64,000 bases of DNA from an uncultured Nitrososphaeraceae archaeon. GTDB lineage: Archaea; Thermoproteota; Nitrososphaeria; Nitrososphaerales; Nitrososphaeraceae. The stretch lies in NCBI GenBank assembly GCA_963825865.1, contig CAWGVG010000003.1:1-64000 (forward strand), read 5' to 3'. The notes beneath the pieces are model-generated. The model did no database searches, was not told where the DNA came from, and was given only the letters and a program-made list of their open reading frames with translations. Position 1 is the stretch's first letter. Every line of letters starts with the position of its first letter. Shown piece by piece: positions 31,072-42,609 of this stretch. Both the position numbers and the translations under genes were made by a program.

Positions 31072-32302
31072 ATAGTGTAGTAGTTTTGTTATAATTTATA
31101 GAGCCTATTTAGTATTACAATCTCCTCTTACGGTAAATTAAAAGCCTTTATAAGCAAATTAATTTATTTTGCACTTTTTCGAAAATCTTATGTAACTAAG
31201 CCTCTGATTTGGTAGTTGCTTTTGTCTATAGACCATTGTCGTTATGATGATGATCTCGCTTATTCAAAACAAGCTGAATGAGGCTGATATTTTAGCAGAT
31301 CGTGCAAAATCAGTTTCAGCAAGGCATTATGCTCTTTATGAATTAGATAGGCTAACCGACACATATATTCAAGGCTGGCAAAGATTAGGTGTCACATTCT
31401 GAAGTGAGACTGAAGAATCAGTAAGAATATGCTTGAATAGTTTGGCTTTGTATTGTGGTAATTTTCGACATATCTATTCATTTAGCTTACAAAGCAATTT
31501 AATTAGCAAAGTCTAACTGTGACAAATCTTGTCTCAATAAGCTTACCGACATCGACTTTAAATCTATATCTGCGAGTAGTTAAAGATATGAATATGTGAC
31601 TTCCAAGATAATGTTCTTAAAAGGTTATCATAAATTAATGAAACGGGTATTAGTATTATCATAGTTTCTATTAGTATTATAGCATTATTTGATGCTAGCT
31701 AAAGTTATTTGTTTAATATCCGTTATAATATTCTGATCTAACTGATCGTTTCGTTCTCCTCCTATGGACCTAGAGGTTTTCGTATATGTCTTTCCGTATT
31801 TTGATATTCTCTTATGATTGAGAATTCGTGTATGCCTGTGGGTAGTGGATACCCAACTGTTGTTGTCGGCTTATTACCGCTCTCTGAGGCGTAGTATTTA
31901 TCATTGCGTGTGAACTCTTGTTTATTCTCTTCCTTTAATTTATCCGGTATCTCCAAAGTCTTCTTTTCCATCAATCCTGTAAGTGAGTAAGAAAAGGAGA
32001 TAACGTTAGGTATTATTACTGGTGGTGTATCTTCTCTGTTTAGAATAGTTTCTCGCGATAGTGACAATTAAAGCACAGGAGATTCTATTGCTACTGCATG
32101 AACATGAATCGCTGTCAAATACAAGTAATGAGCAAAGCTCTTACTACTGAAAAAGATAGTATGTTTATGACACACCCGCCGCTAGGCTCGGGGCAACCTT
32201 GTGCGCAATTGAACCATCTAGGCCATTTAGCCAGCCCAACACCGTTCGAACTATATAAGAATAGATAGAGAAACACATCTTGCTTGTGTATATTGCTATT
32301 AA

Positions 32303-32900
32303 CTAAAATGATACGGAAAATCCCGTTGCAAACTCTGCCATGATGAAAATGATGATAAATTGAGACACTGCCTGCATTGCAACTACTTTAACATATCGTC
32401 TCATGAGTTTCTGGATCTTCGACATATCAGGTTCATTATTTCTCAGCTCAAAATATATACGAATATTAGTAGGTAGTAGTATCCCTAGACCTTGTACCAG
32501 CATTGCTGCCTACAATAACCAAGACTGCAGATATCCAATATACCATAGGAGGATGTAAAGTGATCAAACCCAACCTAGAAGCAAGAAAATAACCCGCAGT
32601 TGTTGTCACAGCAGCAACAGTTGGCATGTAAAAGACCATCTTTGGCATAAGCCAGGAAATAACTTCTTTTCGTGTTGAAAGACTTACATTTCTAAGTACT
32701 GGTCCAAGTAAGAATGCCATAAAGATATCAGTTCCAGTCCATAACATAGACGTAAATACATGCACGTAGTTGAGGAGAAGGAAATTAGCAGTCAGAATTG
32801 CCAAGATTAGTGCGACAATTGGTATAATAATCCACAGATTCGCTCCTACTGATATCTTTGGAGGTTCTTGTAACATATTTCCTGTACTACTACTAGTCAA
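32303..32900 (-). CDS. Conserved membrane protein (DUF2269/CopD-like), one frameshift at 32510
   Basis: LNYVHVFTSMLWTG and several TM helices. The two ORFs join on removing one base next to GCTGC. Confidence 0.7.
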
Positions 32901-33036
32901 ATATTAAAACAAAAATGCTTAGGAGATACATGTTATTAGAGCCTGCTACAAATAATATGATATTACGAACCCCTCAAGTAGGCTACTGGCAAACAACACT
33001 TTGTAAACTATGTTGTTATTATTACTACTATTGCAG

Positions 33037-33513
33037 CTATTGGTAGTGGTGTTGTTGTTCCGATTTTGCGGCAGCAACCAACTCTTTACCTTTTGGAAAT
33101 AATTCTCTATTTAGTATATTCCACTCTATAGAAGGTCTTCCTGGACCTGTAAGTAGAAGGCTAACTGCTATTGACAATAACAATAAATCCAGTTCATATC
33201 CGCCAACAAATCCTTTTCCAATCTTGGCAATAATCGTAGAGCCAATCATCTCTATTATAAACAGGATAGATGCTATTCTAGTTAATACTCCTATAATCAA
33301 AACAATGCCACCTATCACTTCAAGCAATCCAACTGGAAGAGCCAATGCTGCTGGTAATCCAACCTTGCTTGCAAAGAACGCTTCTGTTCCTACTACGTTT
33401 GCAAGTTTAGGCAGACCATGTACTATGAATGCAATTCCAGCTATGATTCTTATTGGCAGGGGCCCAAACGAGATTAACCTCTGCCGCAGAAGAGACATGT
33501 TCAATTTACTCAT
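33037..33513 (-). CDS. DoxX-family membrane protein
   Basis: IRIIAGIAFIVHGLPKL, EVIGG..GVLTR, GGYE and GPGRPS. Confidence 0.9.
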   Translation of the reverse strand: MSKLNMSLLRQRLISFGPLPIRIIAGIAFIVHGLPKLANVVGTEAFFASKVGLPAALALPVGLLEVIGGIVLIIGVLTRIASILFIIEMIGSTIIAKIGKGFVGGYELDLLLLSIAVSLLLTGPGRPSIEWNILNRELFPKGKELVAAAKSEQQHHYQ

Positions 33514-33708
33514 CGAATAACTATGTCATGTTCATTAAATATTTTGTGATACAACTATATGATGACGACTACAATCCAAGAAATAAAATATGGCATTCTT
33601 GGATTGTGCTACATACAAATGTAGCTACCAACAGTATGTTTCTTATAAGCAGCAACTAGGGTACACCTACCGCAGCGCTACAACAATATGGATTTGCTGC
33701 GCTTGAGA

Positions 33709-34080
33709 TTACTCATATACTGGACCTATCGATGCCATACCGCCACCAGCATAAGTCCCTCTTATTCTTTCTACAGTTTCAATATCGTTTATCATCTTGA
33801 GTATATCAAAATCAATCTTGTGTGCCACTACTACATGGGTTCCTCCATCATAGAATGCAGGTACCATGCCCGTTTCATTAATTATTCTATTCCTGATTTC
33901 GTCCGTATTCTGCTTTGGCTTTATGAAAACCTCAAGCGTGTATATTGGCTTCTTGTTTTTCTCTTTCTTTTGGCGTAGTAATAAATCGACGATCAATAGG
34001 GGATCGACTTTTCCAAGATGTGTTCTTATAGAGTCTTCGAATTCATCAAATTTCTTTAAAACTTCACCTACTCGACTCAA
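33709..34080 (-). CDS. Conserved thaumarchaeal hypothetical protein
   Basis: Intact paralogue of 14515-14884. Confidence 0.75.
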   Translation of the reverse strand: MSRVGEVLKKFDEFEDSIRTHLGKVDPLLIVDLLLRQKKEKNKKPIYTLEVFIKPKQNTDEIRNRIINETGMVPAFYDGGTHVVVAHKIDFDILKMINDIETVERIRGTYAGGGMASIGPVYE

Positions 34081-34232
34081 TTATTTTATCATAGACGCTG
34101 GCGTCATATGAACCTAAATCACTCAGCAGTGGTCCTGTGAGAATACTTTCAGTTAGAACACATCTACAAGTTTTCAGTCAATCCTATAGATGATCTTTAA
34201 TAAAACCCCTATGAGTAATTTATACTGTTTAT

Positions 34233-35234
34233 TGCTTTGTTGCATGATTAATTATCTTGTAAGTGATACTTATTTGACCACTCACCATTTAGCTTGCTAG
34301 TATTAATTATTCTGGTATGGTTGACTGGCCTTGCTATAATGAATCACTAGTTAGGCGTGGTCAAGTACTCTTGGATTTTGATGTACTTGATGGATGGGAT
34401 CATGAATTATGTCAAATGAACCTTGGTAAGGTTGGTGAGCCCTACTGCTACCCAAATTCATTTATTCAGCTTCTAGGTTACATGAGAGCATATTTCCATC
34501 TACCATATAGACAAACACAGGGTGTAGTCATAGCTCATGCAAGTAAAGAAGTATCAAACACACCACATTATAGTACCATTAATAGACGTATAAACAGGCT
34601 AGAGATTAAAATCGATGAAAAATTAGGAAATGATATTGTCATTGCTTTAGACAGCACCGGCATTAAGGTAGCTAATCGAGGGGAATGGATGCACCACAAA
34701 TGGCATGTCAGAAAAGGATATCTAAAGATACACATAGCAGTTGATATCGAGAAGAAAAGAATTGTATCTCTGGAGGTAACAAGTGAAGAGGTACATGATG
34801 GTAAGATGCTAAAGAAGTTAGTAGACAATGCTTCTGAAAATAATAATCTGAAGGGTATATTAGCAGATGGTATGTACGACAGCAATAACAATTTTAGATA
34901 CCTATCAAAGAACCACATTAAGCCTGGTATAAAGACAAGAAGTAATTCCAAGGTCAAGTCAACTAACTGTCATGCTAGGAATATGTCTGTAGTAAGACAA
35001 CAACAGACAAACCTCAAAAAATGGAAGCGTAGCGTGAGCTATGGGTACAGGTGGATAGCAGAAACAGCATTCTCTTCCATTAAAAGAACATTTGGTGAAC
35101 ATGTAACAGCTAGAAAGTTTCCTCACATGGTAAAAGAGATCCTCCTAAAGGCAGCTCTGTATAACATGTTCAATCGAATGACCTAGCTAACGGTTTGCAT
35201 AACCTAAAATCCTAATGAATTATGCAACAGAGCA
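34233..35234 (+). mobile_element. IS5-family (ISH1/IS903-like) insertion sequence, copy 1
   Basis: TIRs TGCTTTGTTGCATGATT and TGCTCTGTTGCATAATT (reverse complement). 8-bp TSD CTGTTTAT at 34225-34232 and 35235-35242. Confidence 0.95.
34317..35186 (+). CDS. IS5-family transposase, intact
   Basis: W..YNESLVRRG, ALDSTGIK, ADGMYD and YGYRWIAETAFS..K. Confidence 0.95.
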   Translation: MVDWPCYNESLVRRGQVLLDFDVLDGWDHELCQMNLGKVGEPYCYPNSFIQLLGYMRAYFHLPYRQTQGVVIAHASKEVSNTPHYSTINRRINRLEIKIDEKLGNDIVIALDSTGIKVANRGEWMHHKWHVRKGYLKIHIAVDIEKKRIVSLEVTSEEVHDGKMLKKLVDNASENNNLKGILADGMYDSNNNFRYLSKNHIKPGIKTRSNSKVKSTNCHARNMSVVRQQQTNLKKWKRSVSYGYRWIAETAFSSIKRTFGEHVTARKFPHMVKEILLKAALYNMFNRMT

Positions 35235-35436
35235 CTGTTTATCACATATGGAAGTTCAGTTGAAAAATCGAATAATATTGCAACAAATAACGGAAATATT
35301 ATAATACAGAGAGAAGGAACAGGCTACGTCTCCACGTCATACCTAGCTAAAGGCCAAACCCTTCCTACTATTTTCTTCTTAGAATGAAGTTTTAATTTGG
35401 ATTATCGTTATCACTGGACTCCTTCCATTCTAATAA

Positions 35437-35988
35437 TTATAACATCCCATCTTCGTGAAGTCTATTTAATATTGGAGTTAGTTTCACACATACTTCCTTT
35501 TCTCCTAGAGTAATATCTGAATCAATTCCAACAACAATTGAAAGCATATTCCTATCTTCTCGTGCAGTGTATACAGCACTACCAATTATCTTGAATTCAA
35601 TATGGTTTTGTTCTAACCATTCTTCCCATTTTTTCATATGCTGAAGATTTTGTTGTAATGAATTAATAGCATAATTTAGATCTATCCCGTCTGATTTGTC
35701 AAGGAGGTTGAGTTTAACCATGGGAACCATAAGATTACCTCCTCTAACAACTTTATGTAATTTGTTCATATTTTCGATAATGGTGTCCTCGTCTTTAATG
35801 CCATTTTTATTATTTTCCTCATATTGTTCTTCTTGTTCACCGCTTATGCATTCTTTCATATCATATTTTGGAAAAAAGTATCCCGCTAAATTCTTGTTCC
35901 AATCATAGACCTTGTATATTGTGTCTTCATATCCCGTTTTCCATATAGACCTGCTGCCTCCCCCTCTTCCAAACAACAGTAAAATCAA
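35437..35988 (-). CDS. Hypothetical protein
   Basis: Clean 183-aa ORF with globular composition and no recognised motif. Confidence 0.6.
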   Translation of the reverse strand: MILLLFGRGGGSRSIWKTGYEDTIYKVYDWNKNLAGYFFPKYDMKECISGEQEEQYEENNKNGIKDEDTIIENMNKLHKVVRGGNLMVPMVKLNLLDKSDGIDLNYAINSLQQNLQHMKKWEEWLEQNHIEFKIIGSAVYTAREDRNMLSIVVGIDSDITLGEKEVCVKLTPILNRLHEDGML

Positions 35989-36334
35989 GATTATTGCAGT
36001 ATTAGTAGATTAAAAGGCTGGCTTCACTCTTCCTAATCTCGGGAAGTGACTTTTTGCCTATGACAAACAGCCTGTCTTTGCCATATCAATTATACAAGGA
36101 ATTTCTGTGACAGATCTAAAGAAAGTAGTATTTTCTTATCCTACAAATTCTTCCGATATTAACAATATGTCATAGATCGAATTTTTGTAGTCTTCACTCT
36201 TGTTACCCTATAACAACTATTACCTTTATGGCATCATCTTTCAATTCATAAATTTGAATTATAAAAAATGTAAATTAATTATTATTAGCATTCGTTGTCG
36301 ATTCTAACTTTCAAGCATTGACGTTTAGCTGGCC

Positions 36335-36772
36335 TCAGCTCAATTGTGGAATTTCAGCAACGTCTCTTCCATATACATCTTTGAATTCCCTTGGCTTTGC
36401 ATCTTTGAAAACATCCTTACTACAATACCTCATAGAGTATGCTGCCATCATATCCAAAATTGGTTGCAAAGCTAGGCCCTTTTCTGTCGGATAATATTCT
36501 ATTCTTATAGGTGTTTCATGGGAGTAGACCTTACGTTTTATTAATCCTAACTTTTCCATTTCTCTAAGTCTCACAGATAGAGTTTTTGGGTTACCTTCTT
36601 CAAGGGAGTTTAATAACTGGTTAAACCTATTCTGTTTGCCGTTTATCATGTTTCTTAGAATTAACACTGTAAATTTTTTGCCAATTATCTTAGATGTCTT
36701 GTCAATGGGACAAGATTTCATTTTAATATTGTCCGAAGTTTGCTCACTGTTACGCTTAGTAGATGCTTCCAT
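36335..36772 (-). CDS. HxlR-family winged-helix regulator
   Basis: SCPIDKTSKIIGKKF..ILR, RFNQL, PKTLSVRLREME and PIRIEY..TEKG. Confidence 0.92.
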   Translation of the reverse strand: MEASTKRNSEQTSDNIKMKSCPIDKTSKIIGKKFTVLILRNMINGKQNRFNQLLNSLEEGNPKTLSVRLREMEKLGLIKRKVYSHETPIRIEYYPTEKGLALQPILDMMAAYSMRYCSKDVFKDAKPREFKDVYGRDVAEIPQLS

Positions 36773-36925
36773 AGATACTATAAAGTAGCTTTACCTTATA
36801 TAGTTAGTAGCGTAATTACCATGTGGTAACTCACTATCAAAGGTATGATCCATTTTCTACCATGAATTCCAACTCTGTATAGGTTATTATGGCATGAGGT
36901 TTTAATAAGTAGTAAGCCACTATAT

Positions 36926-37234
36926 GTGGATCATTTTAACAATTTATTTGGCGAGTTATGGAAGAACGGAATTGGGGCTCAACAAAGAATAAAAGATATA
37001 GGACAAGGTGTTGAAACATCTGACATAGAAATCATTACAAATCCAGAAGATGGGTATAGGCTGTTCTTAGGATTTGATAAGGTCTGCAAACCGAGAAGTG
37101 TTGATAATGGTTTCTACTGCTAGTGCTTTATTTCAAAAAGTATTATAGAAGCACATGGTAAAAGAATATGGGCTCAAAATAATGCTGTTGCAAAAGGATA
37201 TACATTTTACTTTAGCCTACCATTAAGTAAATAA
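36926..37234 (+). pseudogene. Sensor histidine kinase remnant with large internal deletion
   Basis: LFGELWKNGIGAQQRIKDI..IEIITNP joined to SIIEAHGKRIWAQNN..GYTFYFSLP (HATPase tail). Confidence 0.75.
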
Positions 37235-37439
37235 CAGAGCGGACATCGTGTATCTAACTTATAGGCGCATCTGTGTCTCTGTTACTTGCAAAAAAGTCCT
37301 GCTGCCTTCAATGACAAATTTGATCTGATTAACTAAAGTTCTGAAGATCAGATTGATGATATAAAGTAAAAGTTCATTTATGATTATAAGGCCTGCTATA
37401 GTGAGTGAATAGTACATACACAAAGGCATTCACATAAAT

Positions 37440-37721
37440 TCAAATTATTAACGTGAGTAACTTAACTAACTTTAATGGTTCAATATTATGGTAACTACAA
37501 TCACCTAATTGAATATTACTCTTATCAATATAACCAAGGATTAAAATAAGATATCTTTTCTGACACATGTGACATATATCATACAAAAATGGCATTTTAC
37601 AGCTATCCTTTTCACATCTATAGATCATACCACATTTTGTACATTGATGATAAGAAAATTGCTGTTGTTGTTCTTCTTGCTCTGGCAGGCTACTATTACT
37701 AATACCTTTAGCAGAGCTCAA
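37440..37721 (-). CDS. Small Cys-rich protein
   Basis: HQCTKCG..YRCEKDSC....ICHMC. Confidence 0.55.
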   Translation of the reverse strand: MSSAKGISNSSLPEQEEQQQQFSYHQCTKCGMIYRCEKDSCKMPFLYDICHMCQKRYLILILGYIDKSNIQLGDCSYHNIEPLKLVKLLTLII

Positions 37722-37903
37722 TGCTTCTTAGTCACTTGACACTATTTTAAGAACTCTATTATACAAAATACTAGAATCTTCCACTATATTATATAATAAA
37801 CTCATTCTATTATTATTTTATACTTTTTAGCATTAGTTAAAAATATTGAGATTGCAATCGACAAACTGTTTATCATTATAAGACAAAATTATAGTTTATT
37901 GGT

Positions 37904-38175
37904 ATGCTATCGACTGAAGAAAGCCTTAGGGTCATATGCAAAGAATACAACAATTAGGTAATTCTATTAGATTTGTAGATATAGCCAATAACCTTGGTAG
38001 CTTAATTGCAACAGCATACAGAGATGGCTTAACTTCCTTAATGGATGATAAAGAAACCTCACATTATGCCATACAGGCTGTTCTTCGTGCTACTACTCGT
38101 GAAGATTTCGAACCAAAAATAGGCAGACTAGATAAAGTTATGCCATTTATAGAAAGGAAAAAAGATACGGTATAA
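37904..38175 (+). pseudogene. DUF6659/roadblock-like protein, frameshifted and truncated
   Basis: IRFVDIANNLGSLIATAYRDGLTSLM...AVLRATTREDFE..IGRL. Confidence 0.6.
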
Positions 38176-38843
38176 CAATAAATTATTAGTCGTCGTCCTT
38201 AACACCATAGCCAATAAAGAATGGTTCAGAGAAAGTCAAATACATTTTGCTTAAGTACACCTATCATTTTAAACGGAAGTCCCATAGCAACTTTAAAAGT
38301 ATAATACTTGTCAGCCTTAGCGGGTCGATAAGGAACTATAGATAACCATTTTAAGCCACATATGAAAGATCTTTTGCCAAAAATAGAACACCTATTAGCC
38401 AAACCACTTGTACTAAAAGTATATTCTGAGATTACCGTTCAGAGTAAATTTAACTATTCAACTTAGACATATATGGTATATTATTATTATTATTTTGAGC
38501 GGCAAAAACGAGTCAAATTTGTTCTGAATCCCGCTAGCCGCTCCTGACATATACGTGTTTAAATTAGCTTCTAAAACATAGATGTAATATTCTCACGTAT
38601 TGCTCCTTAGACATGCTCTGAGTTGTCAATAAAAAACCAAATTATATGTCAAATATACAATTAGTAAATTATCATTTTATGTTCTGATCGTACTGTTATA
38701 TCATCAGGATCTTGTAAAAGACCGCCTTCTCTATCCCAGTATCGTTCAGATGCCCAAATCATGTCATACAATCAACAGCGAATAATGATACTGTTATATT
38801 ATGATAATTCCTAACACCTGCGATTTAATTCCTTTAACAATTA

Positions 38844-40424
38844 TTATTGATTTGGTGATGTTATATTATTATATTTAAGAAATGCATCCTTATCTGTTGA
38901 TCCAAATGTAGTAGGCAATGATATATTTTTATCATCTTGTGATTCATATATAGAGACATGGTAATATCTATGTCCAAAAATTGCGAGTTTATTTTTACCA
39001 TATGAAATAACGTTCTCCTCCATATTATTGCCTAACGTGTGATGAAATAACCTGATGAACCAAGGTGTATCGGCCATTAAAACAACTCTTTTAGCTTTGA
39101 GTGGAATGTTATCGTAGTAATCAACTATCTGATAATTATTTAGGTGGAATCCATACTTGGGTATCCATGAATAAAATGGATTTGAAATCAAAGTTATTTT
39201 ATTATTGTTATTAGTATTGTCATGTAGATATTGACTAATAAATGCAGCTGCCTGATAATGAAAATTATTGTTGCTTGTTATCATCAACTTAATGATAGTT
39301 GCTAGGCCAAAAATACATATTACGCAAATTGCGGTTAATGGTAAAATCTGTTGGAGTTTGTTTCTTTTGATCATTTTCGACAGATTTTCTATCAATCTAG
39401 CAGATGCAATGCAAAATAGAGGAAATAGAGGAACCAAGTGCCAATATGAGACAAACCCTGCAAAATAGAGGAAGATCAGAATTGGGATTATCCATAACAA
39501 AAGTAATGCATCTCTCCTTATTGCTGCAAACACTAACCCTGCAACACCAAGTGATAGGAAGAATGGATCAGCTTGAAAGTTATAGTTTATACTTTCAAAT
39601 AAGGTCTGAGCTCCTCTATGTGTTTGGAAATTTATCCCATGTAACCAGAGATCGAATTGGTTAATAGAAACAGCGTAAGCAGGCCAAATTAATGGAATCA
39701 AAATAACCGGCATAAACCATAATCCCAATGTCTTCAAATTTCGAGTATTATTGTTTTTGTTATTATTTGAATAAACAAGAAAACCAACTAATGGGATCAT
39801 AGAGAATAAAGAAACTTTTGTAAAGATAGCTAGACCAAGAAAAATACCTGAAAGTAAAATTGATAGAATATGCTTATTTTTGTTTTTAGAATCTTTTGTA
39901 TAATAAACTGCAAATAATATAGAGGATAACAAAAAAGGCAGCTGGATAGGTTCTAGTAATACTCTTCTTATGATCCATGTTATCGGCATTACCGCAAATA
40001 AAATGGATGCAATTGTAGCAACAGTTCTATTGTAACGATATTCAGCTATTCGATATATTAGAAAAGTATCAGCTACAGCAAGTATTCCCATCAGTATTCT
40101 TGGAACAAGATAAAGCGATTCAATTGAATGCACATTGCCAAGGGAAAGATTCAAAGAATCTGGATAACCAATTATCTTAAATACGCCTGCCAAAAAGAGC
40201 TGTGAAAAATACGGATGATCATAAAGGCGTGATTCTTGAGGTCCTACACCAGTCAATACATGCATAGCCCTTCTTATGTATATGCCTTCATCATTAGACG
40301 GCCCAAAGGGAAATCCTATAGGATTCCAGAGATGAGTAAAAGCTGATAGTATCAAAGGTATTGCCAATAGGATGGACTTATGATGAACCCATTTGGCAAT
40401 AACGAGAATATAGTTCAAATTCAT
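38844..40424 (-). CDS. GT-C fold glycosyltransferase (ArnT/PMT-like)
   Basis: NDEGIY acidic loop, YDHPYF, LLEP, LAIFTK and many TM helices. Confidence 0.88.
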   Translation of the reverse strand: MNLNYILVIAKWVHHKSILLAIPLILSAFTHLWNPIGFPFGPSNDEGIYIRRAMHVLTGVGPQESRLYDHPYFSQLFLAGVFKIIGYPDSLNLSLGNVHSIESLYLVPRILMGILAVADTFLIYRIAEYRYNRTVATIASILFAVMPITWIIRRVLLEPIQLPFLLSSILFAVYYTKDSKNKNKHILSILLSGIFLGLAIFTKVSLFSMIPLVGFLVYSNNNKNNNTRNLKTLGLWFMPVILIPLIWPAYAVSINQFDLWLHGINFQTHRGAQTLFESINYNFQADPFFLSLGVAGLVFAAIRRDALLLLWIIPILIFLYFAGFVSYWHLVPLFPLFCIASARLIENLSKMIKRNKLQQILPLTAICVICIFGLATIIKLMITSNNNFHYQAAAFISQYLHDNTNNNNKITLISNPFYSWIPKYGFHLNNYQIVDYYDNIPLKAKRVVLMADTPWFIRLFHHTLGNNMEENVISYGKNKLAIFGHRYYHVSIYESQDDKNISLPTTFGSTDKDAFLKYNNITSPNQ

Positions 40425-41184
40425 ATATTTGATGGATTTGGTATTTCTTTTTTAAGAGTTGCTATAGAGTCAATCCATAGATTTTTATGTGCGTTGTACG
40501 ATTTGCAGTTTTCCTCTTTGAATAAATACTCGAAATATACGCACCATATTACAAGAATGGACAAGAAGAAGTAAAAATGGTAACACAGTTACCATCCAGG
40601 CAGCGAAACAAAAAGGGTCAGTAAGTGAATTTGATAACGATTTAGGATAAGAAGAACAAAACGTGACATGTAATCATCCAGGCAACAATGTATCATTACC
40701 TATACGGTAATTGTCAACTGGAATAAGTAGGGAGTCTCCGCGTTGCTCCAATCGCCTAGCACATACAAGATACCTTGACAGTTTTCGTTGTGGCAATGAG
40801 CAATATGTAAATATTTAGTAGCCAACCCTAAAAACCATATAACATGGAGATATGGTAAGTTAGTTAGTGTCTTCAGAGCTTGGTACGATGTCATAATGAT
40901 ATAGATCACAGCATAAAATATTTAAAAGAAGATGCTAAATACTTTAACGCAATCTTTTCCAAGTTCTGCAATTATTCATCAGATTTCAAAACCCTTGACC
41001 CATTGAACACAAACAAAAGAAGTTACTTATCAGACCTCTCACTACCTGGGACGACGGGGGATAATAATTATTAGTGTCTTTATGCTTTCGCATCATATAT
41101 AATAATAAGAGGCAATCTAATAAAGACAAAAAAGAAGATGCCAGATATTTCTATTGATATAAACAAGGGAGTTCTATCTCGAGA

Positions 41185-42300
41185 ATGATCTCTTATAATG
41201 TTCTCCAAGGCGACTGTTTTGAAATTTTAAAACGCCTATCTTCTAATCCACAAGAAAAAAGAAAATACAGGCTTATTGTTACTTCTCCACCTTATTACAG
41301 ACATAGACATTATGGTAAAGATACGAAAGAAGTTGGCCAAGAGCGTACCGATAAAATCTTTATAGATAAATTAGCTGATATTTTTACAGTATGCAGAGAA
41401 CTGTTGACAGAAGATGGCAGTCTATGGATAGTAATAGGGGATACCAGAATTAAATATGGAAAACTTTTGATACCACATAGACTAGCTCTCAAACTAGCTG
41501 AAAGAGGTTACACTATCAGAGAGGATATCATCTGGTTTAAGAAAAATAATGTCTCAAGCAGTTCAAAGGATAACTTTTCACAAGCATACGAACTAATATT
41601 ATTTCTATCAAAGAATGAGAAAAGCTTTGCTAATATGGGCGATATAAGAATAAGAGGCAACGAGGCAAGAGAAGGAAGAAATAAGACGCCACCCAAACAC
41701 ATGATACAATATGAATCATTAAAGCAGGACAAAGACAAGATTGATAAGATAAAAGAGATTATTCACAATGCAAAACCAAATACACCTTTTGAAGAACTCC
41801 CTACAACAAGCGAAATAGCCTGGGCTTATGGATATGATCCAGAGAAATATTGTCCTACTTGTTACCGCAAATTTAAACGTCATGCTACACGCAAAAGAAT
41901 AGGAGACCATAAGCACTACCCAATATATGCGGTATGCAATCCATCGGGTAAAAACCCGGGAAATGTTTGGGAAATTGCTACGAAGGCACATTATGGAAAT
42001 GAACATTTTGCTATATACCCTGAGGATTTAATTGCCAGAATTATCAATTTTGCTACCCGAAAAGGAGATTGGGTTATGGATCCTTTTACAGGAAGAGGAA
42101 CGACTGGAATTGTTTCTGCGCTTCTTGGAAGGAACTGCACAGGGATAGATCTATATCCGGAGAATGTTTTTAAAGCCCAAAAGAATATTTCAGATGCCAT
42201 CAAGGGAAAACTTACTGTAAAATTAGAGGACCAAATAGCAAGCAATTGTTCAGTAACAGGAACTAGGACTACAAGAACTATTGCCTGCCATTTCCCATAA
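41185..42300 (+). CDS. Orphan beta-class DNA methyltransferase (N4-C/N6-A; SPPY suggests m4C)
   Basis: VTSPPYY (motif IV) precedes HFAIYP and DPFTGRGTTG (motif I). No endonuclease is adjacent. Confidence 0.92.
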   Translation: MISYNVLQGDCFEILKRLSSNPQEKRKYRLIVTSPPYYRHRHYGKDTKEVGQERTDKIFIDKLADIFTVCRELLTEDGSLWIVIGDTRIKYGKLLIPHRLALKLAERGYTIREDIIWFKKNNVSSSSKDNFSQAYELILFLSKNEKSFANMGDIRIRGNEAREGRNKTPPKHMIQYESLKQDKDKIDKIKEIIHNAKPNTPFEELPTTSEIAWAYGYDPEKYCPTCYRKFKRHATRKRIGDHKHYPIYAVCNPSGKNPGNVWEIATKAHYGNEHFAIYPEDLIARIINFATRKGDWVMDPFTGRGTTGIVSALLGRNCTGIDLYPENVFKAQKNISDAIKGKLTVKLEDQIASNCSVTGTRTTRTIACHFP

Positions 42301-42609
42301 TAATAAATTATTAAATTCGCAACTATTGTGTTGGCAGTTGATAGTAATATGCAAGTGCCAAGCTGTTGATCGACTAAATTAAGGTATACAAGTGCTTTGT
42401 TAGTATCACCTTTCTCTGATGATTAAATAACATCTTTTACAAGTAATAAAGTTGACAATGATTGAATTGGGAAATAATGATCATGATTATTCGCTATAAC
42501 TGCTAATAATAATTCTTATACATATGCTCTTAAATGGGTAATTGTCTTATTGATATTACTGCTCTGTAATTCTTGGATAGCATTATCTATAAGCACTTTT
42601 TCAAAAAGT

